DNA from: SAR202 cluster bacterium
GTDB taxonomy: Bacteria; Chloroflexota; Dehalococcoidia; Lucifugimonadales; VGZR01
Direction: 5' to 3'
Length of the DNA: 64,000 bases
Assembly (NCBI GenBank): GCA_016872515.1
Contig: VGZR01000003.1
Location: forward strand, 20,655-84,654
Made by a program: the position numbers and the translations under genes. Shown piece after piece: positions 1 to 9,723 of the stretch (positions are counted from its first letter, which is position 1; the number at the start of each line of letters is the position of its first letter). The notes beneath the pieces were generated by a model. That model saw nothing but the letters and a program-made list of their open reading frames with translations. It had not been told where the DNA came from and did no database searches.

Positions 1-781
1 CGAAGACCTGGTAACCGGAAGACTCGACGCGGTCGAGGATTCGGCCGTACACGCCGTGGAGGACGGCGGGGCAGGCCCTGGCCTCGCGGGAGAGGAGTGG
101 GATGAGGAGCCTGCCGTTCTGGAAGTACGAGCGGGCACGCTGCACCTGGTACTGCATGAGTGAGCGGAAGGCGTCGTTGACCACGCCGCGCATGAGGTGG
201 TCCTCGGTGTAGCCGAAGCGCCGCAGTTCGTCCTGGGGGAGGTAGATGCGACCCCTTTGGGCGTCTTCTTTGACGTCGCGGATGATGTTGGTGAGCTGCA
301 TGGCGAGGCCGAGGTCTATCGCGTACTCCTTGGCCTTAGGGTCCGTGTAGCCGAAGATTTCGATGGAGATGAGGCCAACGACCGAGGCGACCTTGTAGCA
401 GTAGGCGCTAAGCTCAGCGAAGTCTTTGTAGCGGCTCCAGGTCAGGTCCATCTCGACGCCGTCCACAAGGTTGTGGAAGTAAGAGTAGGGGATATGGAAG
501 GTCTGGGCCGAATCGCTCAGTGCGAGCATGACCGGCCCGTCGGAGCGGCCTGAGGCTGTCTCGTCGAGCAGCCTGTGGGTGTCCGAGAGGCGTGTGCGCT
601 TCTCTTCGAGGGGCAAGCCTTCGTCGGAGATGTCGTCGCAGTGGCGGGCGAAGGCGTAGGCGGCGTGGATGGCGCGGCGTTTGGCCGGCGGCAGGGTGCG
701 AAAGGCGTAGTAGAAGTTCCGGGCCTGCTGTTTGGTCACCCGCTTGCAATGGGCGTAGGCTTGTTCCAACTCAGATGGCAA
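1..781 (-). CDS. hpnD: Squalene/phytoene synthase family protein (HpnD-like), 3' end runs off the window
   Basis: Not in the ORF track because there is no stop in the window. Manual translation from TTG at 781 (AGGAG upstream) gives MPSELEQAYAHCKRVTKQQARNFYYAFRTLPPAKRRAIHAAYAFARHCDDISD, with the NFY/DDxxD head-to-head prenyltransferase signature. Lies in the hopanoid cluster. Confidence 0.8.
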   Translation of the reverse strand, partial: MPSELEQAYAHCKRVTKQQARNFYYAFRTLPPAKRRAIHAAYAFARHCDDISDEGLPLEEKRTRLSDTHRLLDETASGRSDGPVMLALSDSAQTFHIPYSYFHNLVDGVEMDLTWSRYKDFAELSAYCYKVASVVGLISIEIFGYTDPKAKEYAIDLGLAMQLTNIIRDVKEDAQRGRIYLPQDELRRFGYTEDHLMRGVVNDAFRSLMQYQVQRARSYFQNGRLLIPLLSREARACPAVLHGVYGRILDRVESSGYQVF

Positions 782-833
782 CCGTTCGCTCCTAGCAGCA
801 ATTGTAATGATACCTGCTCTCCGCTTCGGCGGG

Positions 834-2153
834 CTACTTCGCCAGTCCAGCCAGGAAATCACGCAGGACGCGCTCATAGCTGGCCGGGTCAAAGTTCCAG
901 GCGGCGACGTGCGGCGCGCCCGGGAACCGCATGTAGATGACCAAGTCGGGCCTGGCCTGGGCGAGGGTCTCGCTCGTCTCGATGGGCACGCGCTTGTCCG
1001 CGTCGCCGTGGATGAGCAACACGGGCACCGAGAGGTTGTCCGCCCTTTGCAAATAGTCCACCGCTCCCCAGTCCACCTCGAACCTGTAACGCGACACCGC
1101 TTTGCCAACGACTACGGCGAGCCGTGGGTGGCCCTCCTCCCGTCCACCGAAGTCCACGGTGGACGCGAAGGAGAGCATCGGCGCGTCGAGCACCACGCCA
1201 GCCACGTTCGCGGCGAGGGGTGAGTGCTCCAGAAAGCCCATGATGATGGCGCCACCCATGCTGTACCCAATAAGCACGACCTCCTGGGCCCCGTGGTCGA
1301 GGGCGTACTGGACGGCGCCCTCCAGGTCCTCCCATTCCGTCGCGCCGTAGCGGTAGAAGCCGTCGGGCGAGGTGGGCACGCCGTCGTCGTTGCGGTAGGT
1401 GATGAAGAGTGTGGGCATGGAGAGGTCGGCAAGGGTGCGCAGGACGCGCAGGCCCTGGCCGAGTCCCGACCCCTTGCCGTGGACAAAGACTGCCCAAGTG
1501 CGACTCCCGTTGCCCACCAGCCAGGCAGGGAAGGTGCCCAGGGGCGACTCGTAGGTAACGTCTTGGTAGGGGATGTCGAGGCCGGTCTGGGGGTTCCCTT
1601 CGTAGGCCCAACTGTCCATACGCACCATCTCGCCTGTATCCAGCCCCCCCACCGAGACGGGGACAAGCTCCCGCTCTACCTGCAGGCCGTCCTGCTTGAG
1701 GATGGCGCCTACCCGGTTGTAGCCACCGGACTGGGATTCCAGCCCCCACAAGCCATCCGCGAGCCAAGGGCTGTTGTCCTCGGTGAGGTCGGTCTTCATC
1801 AGGACGACGGAGCCGCTAGAAACGGACACAACCTCCAGGTCATAGATGCGGGCGGTCACCTCCCTGCCCAGCCCTCCATCGCGCAGCCGCTCCGACGCGG
1901 CCCAGCCGACGCCCCAAACGGCGACGACGAGGATGAGAGATGCCGTTAGGTACAGAACGCTGAGGGCGAAGAGGGCGCGGTGCCAGGTCTTGACGAAGAG
2001 GAGGCCGTACAAGATAGGTGCGGGCGTCACGACCAGCAGCACCACGAGGGGGTGGCCCGGCCCAAGGGCGGCCGCGGCCATGCCGCCGAGCGCAGCGACG
2101 ACCACGAAAAGCACGGCGCCCGCCGCGATGGCGACTGTCTTCCAGTGTCCCAT
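834..2153 (-). CDS. Membrane-anchored alpha/beta hydrolase
   Basis: Three N-terminal hydrophobic segments; VHG, GYSMG nucleophile motif, HGDAD..VP and a C-terminal His. Confidence 0.8.
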   Translation of the reverse strand: MGHWKTVAIAAGAVLFVVVAALGGMAAAALGPGHPLVVLLVVTPAPILYGLLFVKTWHRALFALSVLYLTASLILVVAVWGVGWAASERLRDGGLGREVTARIYDLEVVSVSSGSVVLMKTDLTEDNSPWLADGLWGLESQSGGYNRVGAILKQDGLQVERELVPVSVGGLDTGEMVRMDSWAYEGNPQTGLDIPYQDVTYESPLGTFPAWLVGNGSRTWAVFVHGKGSGLGQGLRVLRTLADLSMPTLFITYRNDDGVPTSPDGFYRYGATEWEDLEGAVQYALDHGAQEVVLIGYSMGGAIIMGFLEHSPLAANVAGVVLDAPMLSFASTVDFGGREEGHPRLAVVVGKAVSRYRFEVDWGAVDYLQRADNLSVPVLLIHGDADKRVPIETSETLAQARPDLVIYMRFPGAPHVAAWNFDPASYERVLRDFLAGLAK

Positions 2154-2309
2154 CGTTCCTACTCCGCGCTCGTGAGTATTCCTTGTGCCCTGGAGGTATC
2201 GGCTAGCGCAGCCTAAGTGCGGGTTAGGCCATCGAACTGGGAGAGCAGCGGTCTAAGGGGCGACGAGACTGCGGAAGGCCCGCGGGAGACTCGGTAGGGA
2301 GCCGCAGGA

Positions 2310-2792
2310 CTACATGCCCATGACTTGGACGAGGACCTGGCGGCCATCCTCGAGTTGTAGGGCCTTCTCGCCGTCTAACTCGACGAGGAAGACGCGCTGC
2401 CACTGGCCCAGGGCCATCTCGCCGTCAACGACGGGGATGGTCTCGCTGGAGCCGAGGACAAGGTGTTGGCAGTGGGAGTGGCCGTTGGGGCACTCGTCTT
2501 CGTGCATGTGGACGGTGCGGACGCTGAAGTCGTTGTGGCGGTAGTGCGCGGTCCGGGGGGCGATCCGCTCGAGGAAAGAAGCGAGATCCGTCATGAGCAG
2601 AGGTTCGTGCTCCTGAATCACGATAGCCGCGGTGGTGTGCTTGGAGAAGACGCAAACGATGCCGTTGCGTATATTTGACTCCGCGACCTGTTGGGCAACG
2701 CGGTCAGTGATATCGATGAATTGTGGTGCGGCAGAGGCCTTGACCCGAACTGTAGACAGGCGAGTCTTGAACGTCGCCTCGCTCACTCTCAT
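2310..2792 (-). CDS. yjbQ: YjbQ/UPF0047 family protein
   Basis: HTTAA, NGHSH and LGQWQRVFLVELDG motifs. Confidence 0.85.
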   Translation of the reverse strand: MRVSEATFKTRLSTVRVKASAAPQFIDITDRVAQQVAESNIRNGIVCVFSKHTTAAIVIQEHEPLLMTDLASFLERIAPRTAHYRHNDFSVRTVHMHEDECPNGHSHCQHLVLGSSETIPVVDGEMALGQWQRVFLVELDGEKALQLEDGRQVLVQVMGM

Positions 2793-2946
2793 TAGACTTA
2801 ACCTCTCCTTTGACTCCCAACCGGGTGGTTGGAAATTGCCAGGACAGACATTACCATACCGACCGGCCGATTTTCAATCATCTGGAGCCTGATTTTACCT
2901 CGTTATTCGATGCTCTTTCTGGTACTTTTATCACACGATAAATTTC

Positions 2947-4950
2947 TCATCCTCGCCCGATGGCTTTACGGTATCTTCCCAGAGCCATGAGCGGCCAGTA
3001 GTTCCGGTACATCGTGTAGTTGATCATGAAGCCCGCAGGCATCTCCACCCCCTGATAGCCCGGGTCTTTGGGGGTGAGGTAGCGGTCCAGGCGCTGGCCG
3101 ACGCCGTAGCCTGGGAAGCCTGTTCCGGTGTAGTGGAGTTCATCCCAAGAACCGTCGGGTTTTTGTGTTGAAATTAGGTGTTCAACTCCTCTCGCCGCGG
3201 CTTCAGTCTCGGCTTGGCCGGCGGCGACTAGAGAGAGCAGCGCCCATGCGGTCTGTGATGGAGTCGTTGGCCCGCGGCCCCGGTAGTTGGGGTCCACGTA
3301 GGAGGCGCAACTTTCGCCCCAACCGCCGTCGGGGTTCTGGCGGTCTAGCAGCCACTTGATGGCGAGGCGGACCTCGTCGGCATCCATGTCGAGGTTCAGT
3401 GCCTTGAACGCAGGTAGAACGGCGCCGGTGCCATAGATGTAGTTGACGCCCCAGCGGCCGAACCAAGGGCCGTCAGCTTCCTGTTCGGAAAGCGTGTACT
3501 TGAGGGCCTTGACGATTGCTGGGTGGTTGGGCTTGAAACCCAACTGGCCGAGCATCTCCAGCACGTGGACGGTGACGTCCACGCTGGGAGGGTCCACGGT
3601 TTCGCCGAAGTCCGCGAATGGGATGCGGGCGATGAAGAGTTTGGTGTTGTCCTTGTCGAACGATGCCCAGCCGCCGTTGCGCGACTGCATCCCCAGTATC
3701 CACCGAACGGCGCGGTCGATGGCCTCGGCCTTCCGCGCCTTGTCGGGCAGCGCCACTTTGTCCAGTGCCATGACGATTTCAGCCGTGTCGTCCAGATCGG
3801 GGTAGGTGTCGTTGTGGAACTCGAAAGCCCATCCGCCGGGAGGCGTGTCCTTCGCCTTCACCTGCCAATCGCCGCCGGAGAGGATTTGCTCGTCCAACAT
3901 GTATTCCCCGGCTTTCACAAGCGCGGGATGGCTGGGCCCGAGGTCTGAGTCAGCCAAGGCGATCATGGTGAGGCAAGTGTCCCAGAGCGGAGAGACGCAT
4001 GCCTGCACCTTGAGGTTGTCGCCTTCCTCGATGGCAAAGCCATTGAAGCCGGCCATGCCCTTGGCCATGACGGGATGGTCGAGAGGGTAACCGAGCGTCT
4101 TGAGGGCCATGAGGGAGTACACCCAGGGGGGCTGGATGCCGCCCCAGCTGCCGTCGGCCTCCTGATGGGCGACGACCCACTGCTCGGCGCGCTTGATGGC
4201 TTGTGCACGCGTCGGCTTGAAGGGCAGCGTTCCCAGCAGCCGCAAGACACGGTCGGAGGCATAGAAGAAGGACTCCCAGCCGACGAGCTTGCTCGGCCGT
4301 TTGATGGAGTAGTCGGTCTGAGAGCGGGGCAGGGGGTAAAGCTCGTCTATTTTGGCCGACTCGGGGACGGGGCGGACAGGTTTCCTGTCCAACACGATGA
4401 GCAGCGGGACGATGGTGGCCCGCGCCCAACTTGAGAACTCGTAGATGTTGACGGGGAACCAGTTGGGGAAGAGGATGACCTCCGGGGGCATCACCGGCAC
4501 ACCGCGCCAGTCCCACTGGCCGAAGAGCGACAGCCATATCTTGGTGAAAACGCGGGTCTTGGGCACGCCGCCCTTGGATAGGATGAACTCGCGCGCCTTA
4601 CGCATGAACGGCTCGTCGGGAGAGATGCCGGCGAGTTTGAGGGCGAAGTAACACTCAACTGAGGTGCTCAGGTCGCCGGGGGCGTCGTAGTACTGGCCCC
4701 ATGTCCCGTCGTCGCGTTGCGAACGGATGATGTAGTTGGCGAGCCTTCGCCACTTCTCCTTGTCAACGGCCTCGAGGAAGTGGGTGAGGAGGAGGAACTC
4801 AGCCTCCATGGTGGGGTTCGACTGCAACTCGCCCCACCAGTAACCCTCTGGGTACTGGACGCCGAGGAGGTACTGCTGTGACCGCTGAATCGTGGTGTTC
4901 AGCGCTTCCTGGCGGGCCTTGGCCGTTACAGGGGTTTTCGTTTCCAGCAC
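2947..4950 (-). CDS. shc: Squalene-hopene cyclase
   Basis: YPDLDDTA (DxDD) catalytic motif, QW repeats (QEADGSWGG, QNPDGGWGE), GRWGVNYIYGT. Confidence 0.96.
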   Translation of the reverse strand: MLETKTPVTAKARQEALNTTIQRSQQYLLGVQYPEGYWWGELQSNPTMEAEFLLLTHFLEAVDKEKWRRLANYIIRSQRDDGTWGQYYDAPGDLSTSVECYFALKLAGISPDEPFMRKAREFILSKGGVPKTRVFTKIWLSLFGQWDWRGVPVMPPEVILFPNWFPVNIYEFSSWARATIVPLLIVLDRKPVRPVPESAKIDELYPLPRSQTDYSIKRPSKLVGWESFFYASDRVLRLLGTLPFKPTRAQAIKRAEQWVVAHQEADGSWGGIQPPWVYSLMALKTLGYPLDHPVMAKGMAGFNGFAIEEGDNLKVQACVSPLWDTCLTMIALADSDLGPSHPALVKAGEYMLDEQILSGGDWQVKAKDTPPGGWAFEFHNDTYPDLDDTAEIVMALDKVALPDKARKAEAIDRAVRWILGMQSRNGGWASFDKDNTKLFIARIPFADFGETVDPPSVDVTVHVLEMLGQLGFKPNHPAIVKALKYTLSEQEADGPWFGRWGVNYIYGTGAVLPAFKALNLDMDADEVRLAIKWLLDRQNPDGGWGESCASYVDPNYRGRGPTTPSQTAWALLSLVAAGQAETEAAARGVEHLISTQKPDGSWDELHYTGTGFPGYGVGQRLDRYLTPKDPGYQGVEMPAGFMINYTMYRNYWPLMALGRYRKAIGRG

Positions 4951-4960
4951 TGCCGGTCCC

Positions 4961-5764
4961 TCACGATGCCTTAGCGGCCAGTTGCGGGGCCCAGACGTCG
5001 CTCTCTACGAGAGCTTGGAGCGCGGAGGCCAGCGAGGCCTTGGCGGCACGATACTGTGTCCCCAGCCTGACCAGAGACGGCACGTCGCTGGGGTGAGTAA
5101 GGGCGTAGGCCGCAGCGCGCCAGATCGAGCGCTGCGAGGCGTCTTCGGTAGCTTTGGCGACGTACGGCGGGAGCCGTTGTTCCAAAGGGTCGAGCACCGA
5201 ACGCAGGGCGATACACTGCACATTGCGCTGGGCGGTCGCCTCACAGGCCCAGTAGCTTTCCATATCCACAACGGAGACAGGGAGGGTCTGGCCCAGCCAC
5301 GACTTGCGTTCGGCGCTGGATACAAGCTTGTCCACGGTGGCGACCCCCCCGAACGCGGGGGCCAAACCAGAAGAGTTGAGAGTGGTGGTCAGGCTCCGGC
5401 GCTCTAGGTCGCTGAGCAGATGGCGCTGGAGAGCAGAGCGGCGTTCCCAGGACGACTCGGGGCCAACGAGTGCCCATGCCTCGTCGCCGATGAGCAGATC
5501 GCCGGGCTTGAGGCTGGGCTTGGTGGCGCCGGAGAAACCTGCGGAGATGATGAGAGAAGGCCGGTATTTCTCGATGGCTGCGCGAGTTGCTTGCTCTACC
5601 TGCCGCCTGCCTGCGCCGCCTTCCACTACGAAGACATGACCGTACCGGGGCGACTGGTAAAAGGCGACCTGGCCTTCTCGGGAGGCCAGGGTGAAACCGC
5701 CCGATGCCAAGAAGTCCCTGACTTCCTCGCCCAGGGCGATGACGATGGCTATCACAGGCCTCAT
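4961..5764 (-). CDS. hpnG: Hopanoid-associated nucleosidase/phosphorylase (HpnG-like)
   Basis: SAGFSG, VDMES and LRSVLD purine nucleoside phosphorylase motifs; located between hpnH and shc. Start moved to the ATG at 5764 to avoid overlap with hpnH. Confidence 0.8.
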   Translation of the reverse strand: MRPVIAIVIALGEEVRDFLASGGFTLASREGQVAFYQSPRYGHVFVVEGGAGRRQVEQATRAAIEKYRPSLIISAGFSGATKPSLKPGDLLIGDEAWALVGPESSWERRSALQRHLLSDLERRSLTTTLNSSGLAPAFGGVATVDKLVSSAERKSWLGQTLPVSVVDMESYWACEATAQRNVQCIALRSVLDPLEQRLPPYVAKATEDASQRSIWRAAAYALTHPSDVPSLVRLGTQYRAAKASLASALQALVESDVWAPQLAAKAS

Positions 5765-5786
5765 CCCCACGGCAGCCCGGCGCAAC

Positions 5787-6812
5787 TTAGGATGCCCCGA
5801 CCCCGCTGTTCTGGAGGGCGCCCTCCTTGAGCATCTTGAAGGCGGCTTTGGGGTTGCCCAGGGCATCGAAGATCGAGGCTGACTCGAAGCCGCAGTGCAT
5901 CAAGCAGTTGGCGCAGCGGGGGTCATTGCCGACGCCATAGCGGTCCCAGAGGTCTTGCTTCATAAGGTCTTTGAAGTTCTGCGTGTGGCGGTCCCCCAGA
6001 AGATAGCACGGCTCACGCCAGCCCATGATGGTATAAGTGGGGTTAGACCATGCGGTGCACTGGTACTCGCGCTCGCCGCGGAGGAAGGACAGATACAACG
6101 GGTTGTTGTAGAAGCGGATGCCGAGTTTGGGGTTCAGCACGCGCTTGAACACCTCCCTGGCCTGCCGTCGGGAGATGAACAACTCCTGGTTCGGAACCGA
6201 ATCGTACTGATATCCAGGGGAGACCATGCACCCCTCGATGCCCATGTCGGTCATCATCTTGAACATGGCGATGAGGTCAGCCTCGTCCAGGCCGTTGAAA
6301 ACCGTAGTGTTGGTGGTGACCCGGTAGCCCTGCTCCAAGGCGACTTTGATGCCGCGAACGGCGATCTTCCAGACGCCCTTGCGATAGACAGACTTGTCGT
6401 GGGCCTCCTCCATGCCATCTAGGTGTACCACGAAGCAGAAGTATTTGGAGGGCGGGATTTTCTTCATCACGCGTTCCATGAGGAGCGCGTTGGTGCACAT
6501 ATACACGAACTTTTTTTGAGCAACGAGGCGGTTGACGATTTCATCTATCTTCGGGTGCATCGTTGGCTCGCCTCCCGCGATGGAGACGATGGGGGCGCCG
6601 GACTCCTTGACGGCTGTCAGGCACTGCTCGACGGTGAGGTAGCGGCTGATGACCGGCTCGTACTCACGGATGCGGCCGCACCCCTCGCAGGCGAGGTTGC
6701 ACGCCTCCAGCGGCTCCAACATGGTGACGAGCGGGAAACGCTTGCGGCCCGTGGCTTTATTCTTAAGGATGTACCACCCCAACCGCAGTGCGAGTTCGAT
6801 CGGTCTGCCCAT
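5787..6812 (-). CDS. hpnH: Adenosyl-hopene transferase, radical SAM
   Basis: LEPLEACNLACEGCGRI (CxxxCxxC), GGEP, C-terminal YGVGNDPRCANCLMHCGFE. Confidence 0.93.
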   Translation of the reverse strand: MGRPIELALRLGWYILKNKATGRKRFPLVTMLEPLEACNLACEGCGRIREYEPVISRYLTVEQCLTAVKESGAPIVSIAGGEPTMHPKIDEIVNRLVAQKKFVYMCTNALLMERVMKKIPPSKYFCFVVHLDGMEEAHDKSVYRKGVWKIAVRGIKVALEQGYRVTTNTTVFNGLDEADLIAMFKMMTDMGIEGCMVSPGYQYDSVPNQELFISRRQAREVFKRVLNPKLGIRFYNNPLYLSFLRGEREYQCTAWSNPTYTIMGWREPCYLLGDRHTQNFKDLMKQDLWDRYGVGNDPRCANCLMHCGFESASIFDALGNPKAAFKMLKEGALQNSGVGAS

Positions 6813-6860
6813 GCTTGCCTCCTGGAGTCCTACCTACGTCTAGAGCCGTCCTAGTTTAGA

Positions 6861-7925
6861 CTAATGCTCGCGCACCAACAAGAAGTGCGCCAGGTCCTCT
6901 ATCTCCTCTTGTGCCTGCGGGCTGAGGGCGACCCCTTCTAGAGCAGCCAGAGCGTCGTCGCAGTGGCGCTGCGCCAGCGCCTGGGCTTGGTCGCGGGTGC
7001 CGATGCGCTCCATGACTTCCAAGACCTGGGCCACATCATGGTCGTCTAGGGCTTCCTTCCTGTATGCCTCTCTCAGCATCGCAGCGTCTGTTCCGTTGGC
7101 ATGGCCCATGGCGTGGACGACGGGGAAGGAGTTCTTCTTGCGGCGGATGTCGGCGCCGACGGGCTTGCCGGTCTTCCCTTCCTTGCCCCACACACCGAGG
7201 ATGTCGTCACGGATCTGGAACACGAAGCCCAGGGAGCGGCCGAACCGGCGGAACGCGTCCACAGCCCCGAGGTCTTTCGTTCCCAGGAACGCTCCCATCT
7301 CCAACGAGCACCGGATAAGGGCGCCGGTCTTGAGGGAAATCATGTTCAGATAGGCGTCCTGGCCGACGTCGTGACGCTTCTCATAGTCCAAGTCAAGGTA
7401 CTGTCCTTCGATCATCTGGAGGTAGGCTTCGGTGAGGAGGGCGATGACGCGAAGGGCATCGGGGATGGATACACCCTGCTCGACGAGCCGCTCGAGGGAG
7501 ATGTCGGCCACAGCGCGGAGGGCGTTCCCTGAGACGATGGCCTTCGGCTCGCCCCAGACGGCCCACACCGTGGGCCTGCCTCGGCGCGTCTTGTCATGGT
7601 CTTGGATATCGTCATGGATAAGCGAGAAGTTATGGATGAGCTCGATGGCTACGGCTGCAGGCATTGCCCTGTCAGCGGTGCCGCCGATGACTTCGCAAGC
7701 GAAGAGGCAGAGCGTTGGGCGAAGAGCCTTGCCGGTCGCGGCCGTGACGGGGTTGCCGTCGGAGTCGGCCCATCCCATCGCATAGCGGAGGGTGTCGTAC
7801 ACGCGGCAGCCGTCGTAGGAGAGGCTTGCTCTGAGGGCGCAGGAAAGCTCGGCCCCATAGCGACGGAACAGCGGCGGCAACACAGCCATTTTCTTGCCGG
7901 ACACATCCAGGGCTGTTCTCGCCAA
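6861..7925 (-). CDS. Polyprenyl diphosphate synthase (FPP/GGPP synthase)
   Basis: GKALRP, HNFSLIHDDIQD..RRG (FARM), KT, FQIRDDILG (SARM). Confidence 0.92.
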   Translation of the reverse strand: MARTALDVSGKKMAVLPPLFRRYGAELSCALRASLSYDGCRVYDTLRYAMGWADSDGNPVTAATGKALRPTLCLFACEVIGGTADRAMPAAVAIELIHNFSLIHDDIQDHDKTRRGRPTVWAVWGEPKAIVSGNALRAVADISLERLVEQGVSIPDALRVIALLTEAYLQMIEGQYLDLDYEKRHDVGQDAYLNMISLKTGALIRCSLEMGAFLGTKDLGAVDAFRRFGRSLGFVFQIRDDILGVWGKEGKTGKPVGADIRRKKNSFPVVHAMGHANGTDAAMLREAYRKEALDDHDVAQVLEVMERIGTRDQAQALAQRHCDDALAALEGVALSPQAQEEIEDLAHFLLVREH

Positions 7926-8177
7926 CCCTCAGCCCTCCGGTATTTGTTAGACCTGCTCTCCTCAGGATGGCCCGCTCAAGCAGTGATAGATGAGCGCTCC
8001 ATCTGCTTTCCGCCTCCCCGGCCACCGCCGCACATCATACCTAGCAATGCGATGGGACATACTAGCATCGGGTGAGGGAGGTGTCAATACGAACGGGATG
8101 CCGCTCCGCCGCAGTGCGTCGCGCTCGAGTGGCCAGCGACAAAACCTGGCTGCCCGGCCGATTGTGCGATTTTTCAC

Positions 8178-8206
8178 TTGAAAATACCTACGCCAGGTGC
8201 TATTCT
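8178..8206 (+). promoter_or_regulatory. Sigma70-type promoter of the nuo operon
   Basis: TTGAAA, 17-nt spacer, TATTCT with an extended TG, 35 nt upstream of the nuoA ATG. Confidence 0.6.
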
Positions 8207-8240
8207 TTCGGCTCGAAATCGCCTAGCTCTGGCCGAGGAT

Positions 8241-8636
8241 ATGCTCGACGACTATTTCCGCCAGTATGGACTGATTGCCATCTTCGCCGCCCTCGCCGTG
8301 GCGGTCCCGACGGGGATGCTGACCATATCGTGGATGCTTGGCGTCTTGGGCATCCGCCCCCGCAAGCCGGATGCTGTGAAGAACAGCATCTACGAATGCG
8401 GCTTCGCAACCCTGGGAGGCCGCTGGAGTGGCTTCAATTTCCGCTTCTACGCCTTCGCCCTGGTCTTCGTGCTCTTCGACGTCGAGGTCGTCTTCTTGTT
8501 CCCGTGGGCGGCCAGCTTCGGCTTTCTGTCGAAAGAGTTCGGCGTCTTCGTGCTGGTAGAGATGTTGGTGTTCATCGCCATCCTTGTGGTTGGCTGGCTT
8601 CACGCATGGCGAAAAGGGGACCTTCAATGGAGATAG
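8241..8636 (+). CDS. nuoA: NADH-quinone oxidoreductase subunit A
   Basis: [19 protein letters not shown], three TM segments; ATG at 8241 after GAGG. Confidence 0.95.
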   Translation: MLDDYFRQYGLIAIFAALAVAVPTGMLTISWMLGVLGIRPRKPDAVKNSIYECGFATLGGRWSGFNFRFYAFALVFVLFDVEVVFLFPWAASFGFLSKEFGVFVLVEMLVFIAILVVGWLHAWRKGDLQWR

Positions 8637-9265
8637 GGCCGGACCCGCGTGGAATCAACCTCCACGGTGGCCGTGTGCCGCTCTATACGGCCACGCGGGA
8701 GCTTGACCGCGCCGAGGGTGACTACATCAACAACCTCAAGGCGACGCATGTCCAGCCGCTGGCCGAGCCACTCATCGAGGTGCCCGACGACTTGAAGCGG
8801 AACCTGGCAGTGACCTCCGTGGACGCGATGCTGAACTGGGGCCGCAAAGGGTCAGTGTGGCCGTTGGCCTTCGGGCTGGCCTGCTGCGCGTTCGAGATGA
8901 TGGCCAGCGCGATGTCGAGGTTTGACCTATCGCGGTTCGGGATGGAAGTGTTCCGGGCCTCGCCCCGGCAGGCGGACCTGATGATCGTGGCGGGGACGGT
9001 GACCTGGAAGATGGCGCCTGCCATCGAGCGCGTGTACTACCAGATGGCCGAGCCGCGCTGGGTGATTTCGATGGGGGTATGCGCCACCAGCGGCGGCCCG
9101 TACTACGAGTCGTACAGCGTCGTCCCCGGTGTTAACCACATCGTCCCTGTGGATGTGTATGTGCCCGGCTGCCCGCCGCGGCCGGATGCGCTGCTTTACG
9201 GCATCATGCAGCTCCACGAGAAGATCAAGCGCTACTCGCTCCAGGGCAGGGCGGCGGGACGCTGA
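8627..9265 (+). CDS. nuoB: NADH-quinone oxidoreductase subunit B
   Basis: [32 protein letters not shown]. Start at ATG 8627, overlapping nuoA. Confidence 0.95.
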   Translation: MEIGPDPRGINLHGGRVPLYTATRELDRAEGDYINNLKATHVQPLAEPLIEVPDDLKRNLAVTSVDAMLNWGRKGSVWPLAFGLACCAFEMMASAMSRFDLSRFGMEVFRASPRQADLMIVAGTVTWKMAPAIERVYYQMAEPRWVISMGVCATSGGPYYESYSVVPGVNHIVPVDVYVPGCPPRPDALLYGIMQLHEKIKRYSLQGRAAGR

Positions 9266-9708
9266 TGGCCAAAGCACTGGCTGGCACAGACGTAGCCCGC
9301 CGCATCAACGAGACTTTTTCCGGTGTGGCCTTGGAGTCGAACAAGACCGACGTCTGGGTCGCTCCGGACGACCTGCACCGCGCCGCCAAGTTCCTCCACG
9401 ACGATAAGGAGTTGGACTGTGCGATGCTCCTAGCCATCACCGCAGTGGACTACGTCGAGCGGTTCGAACTTGTTTACCATCTGCGCTCCATGAGGAAGAA
9501 CCATACCGTAGTGATAAAGACACGGCTCTCAGGTCGGGAAGAGCCTGCCATCAGCTCTGTGACAGACATCTGGCAGGGGGCTGACCTTCAGGAGCGGGAG
9601 GTCTGGGACCTGATGGGTATCCGTTTCGAGGGCCATCCCAACATGAAGCGGGTACTTTTGTGGGAGGGGTTCCCTGGGCACCCGCTACGCAGAGATTTCG
9701 TCAGATAG
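9265..9708 (+). CDS. nuoC: NADH-quinone oxidoreductase subunit C
   Basis: EREVWDLMGIRFEGHP..GHPLRRDF. Confidence 0.95.
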   Translation: MAKALAGTDVARRINETFSGVALESNKTDVWVAPDDLHRAAKFLHDDKELDCAMLLAITAVDYVERFELVYHLRSMRKNHTVVIKTRLSGREEPAISSVTDIWQGADLQEREVWDLMGIRFEGHPNMKRVLLWEGFPGHPLRRDFVR

Positions 9709-9723
9709 GAGACGCCTGGGCGA

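Noticed and set aside
8072-8626. Long N-terminal extension of NuoB in the ORF track
   Set aside because: Overlaps nuoA and the promoter in another frame; NuoB more plausibly starts at 8627.
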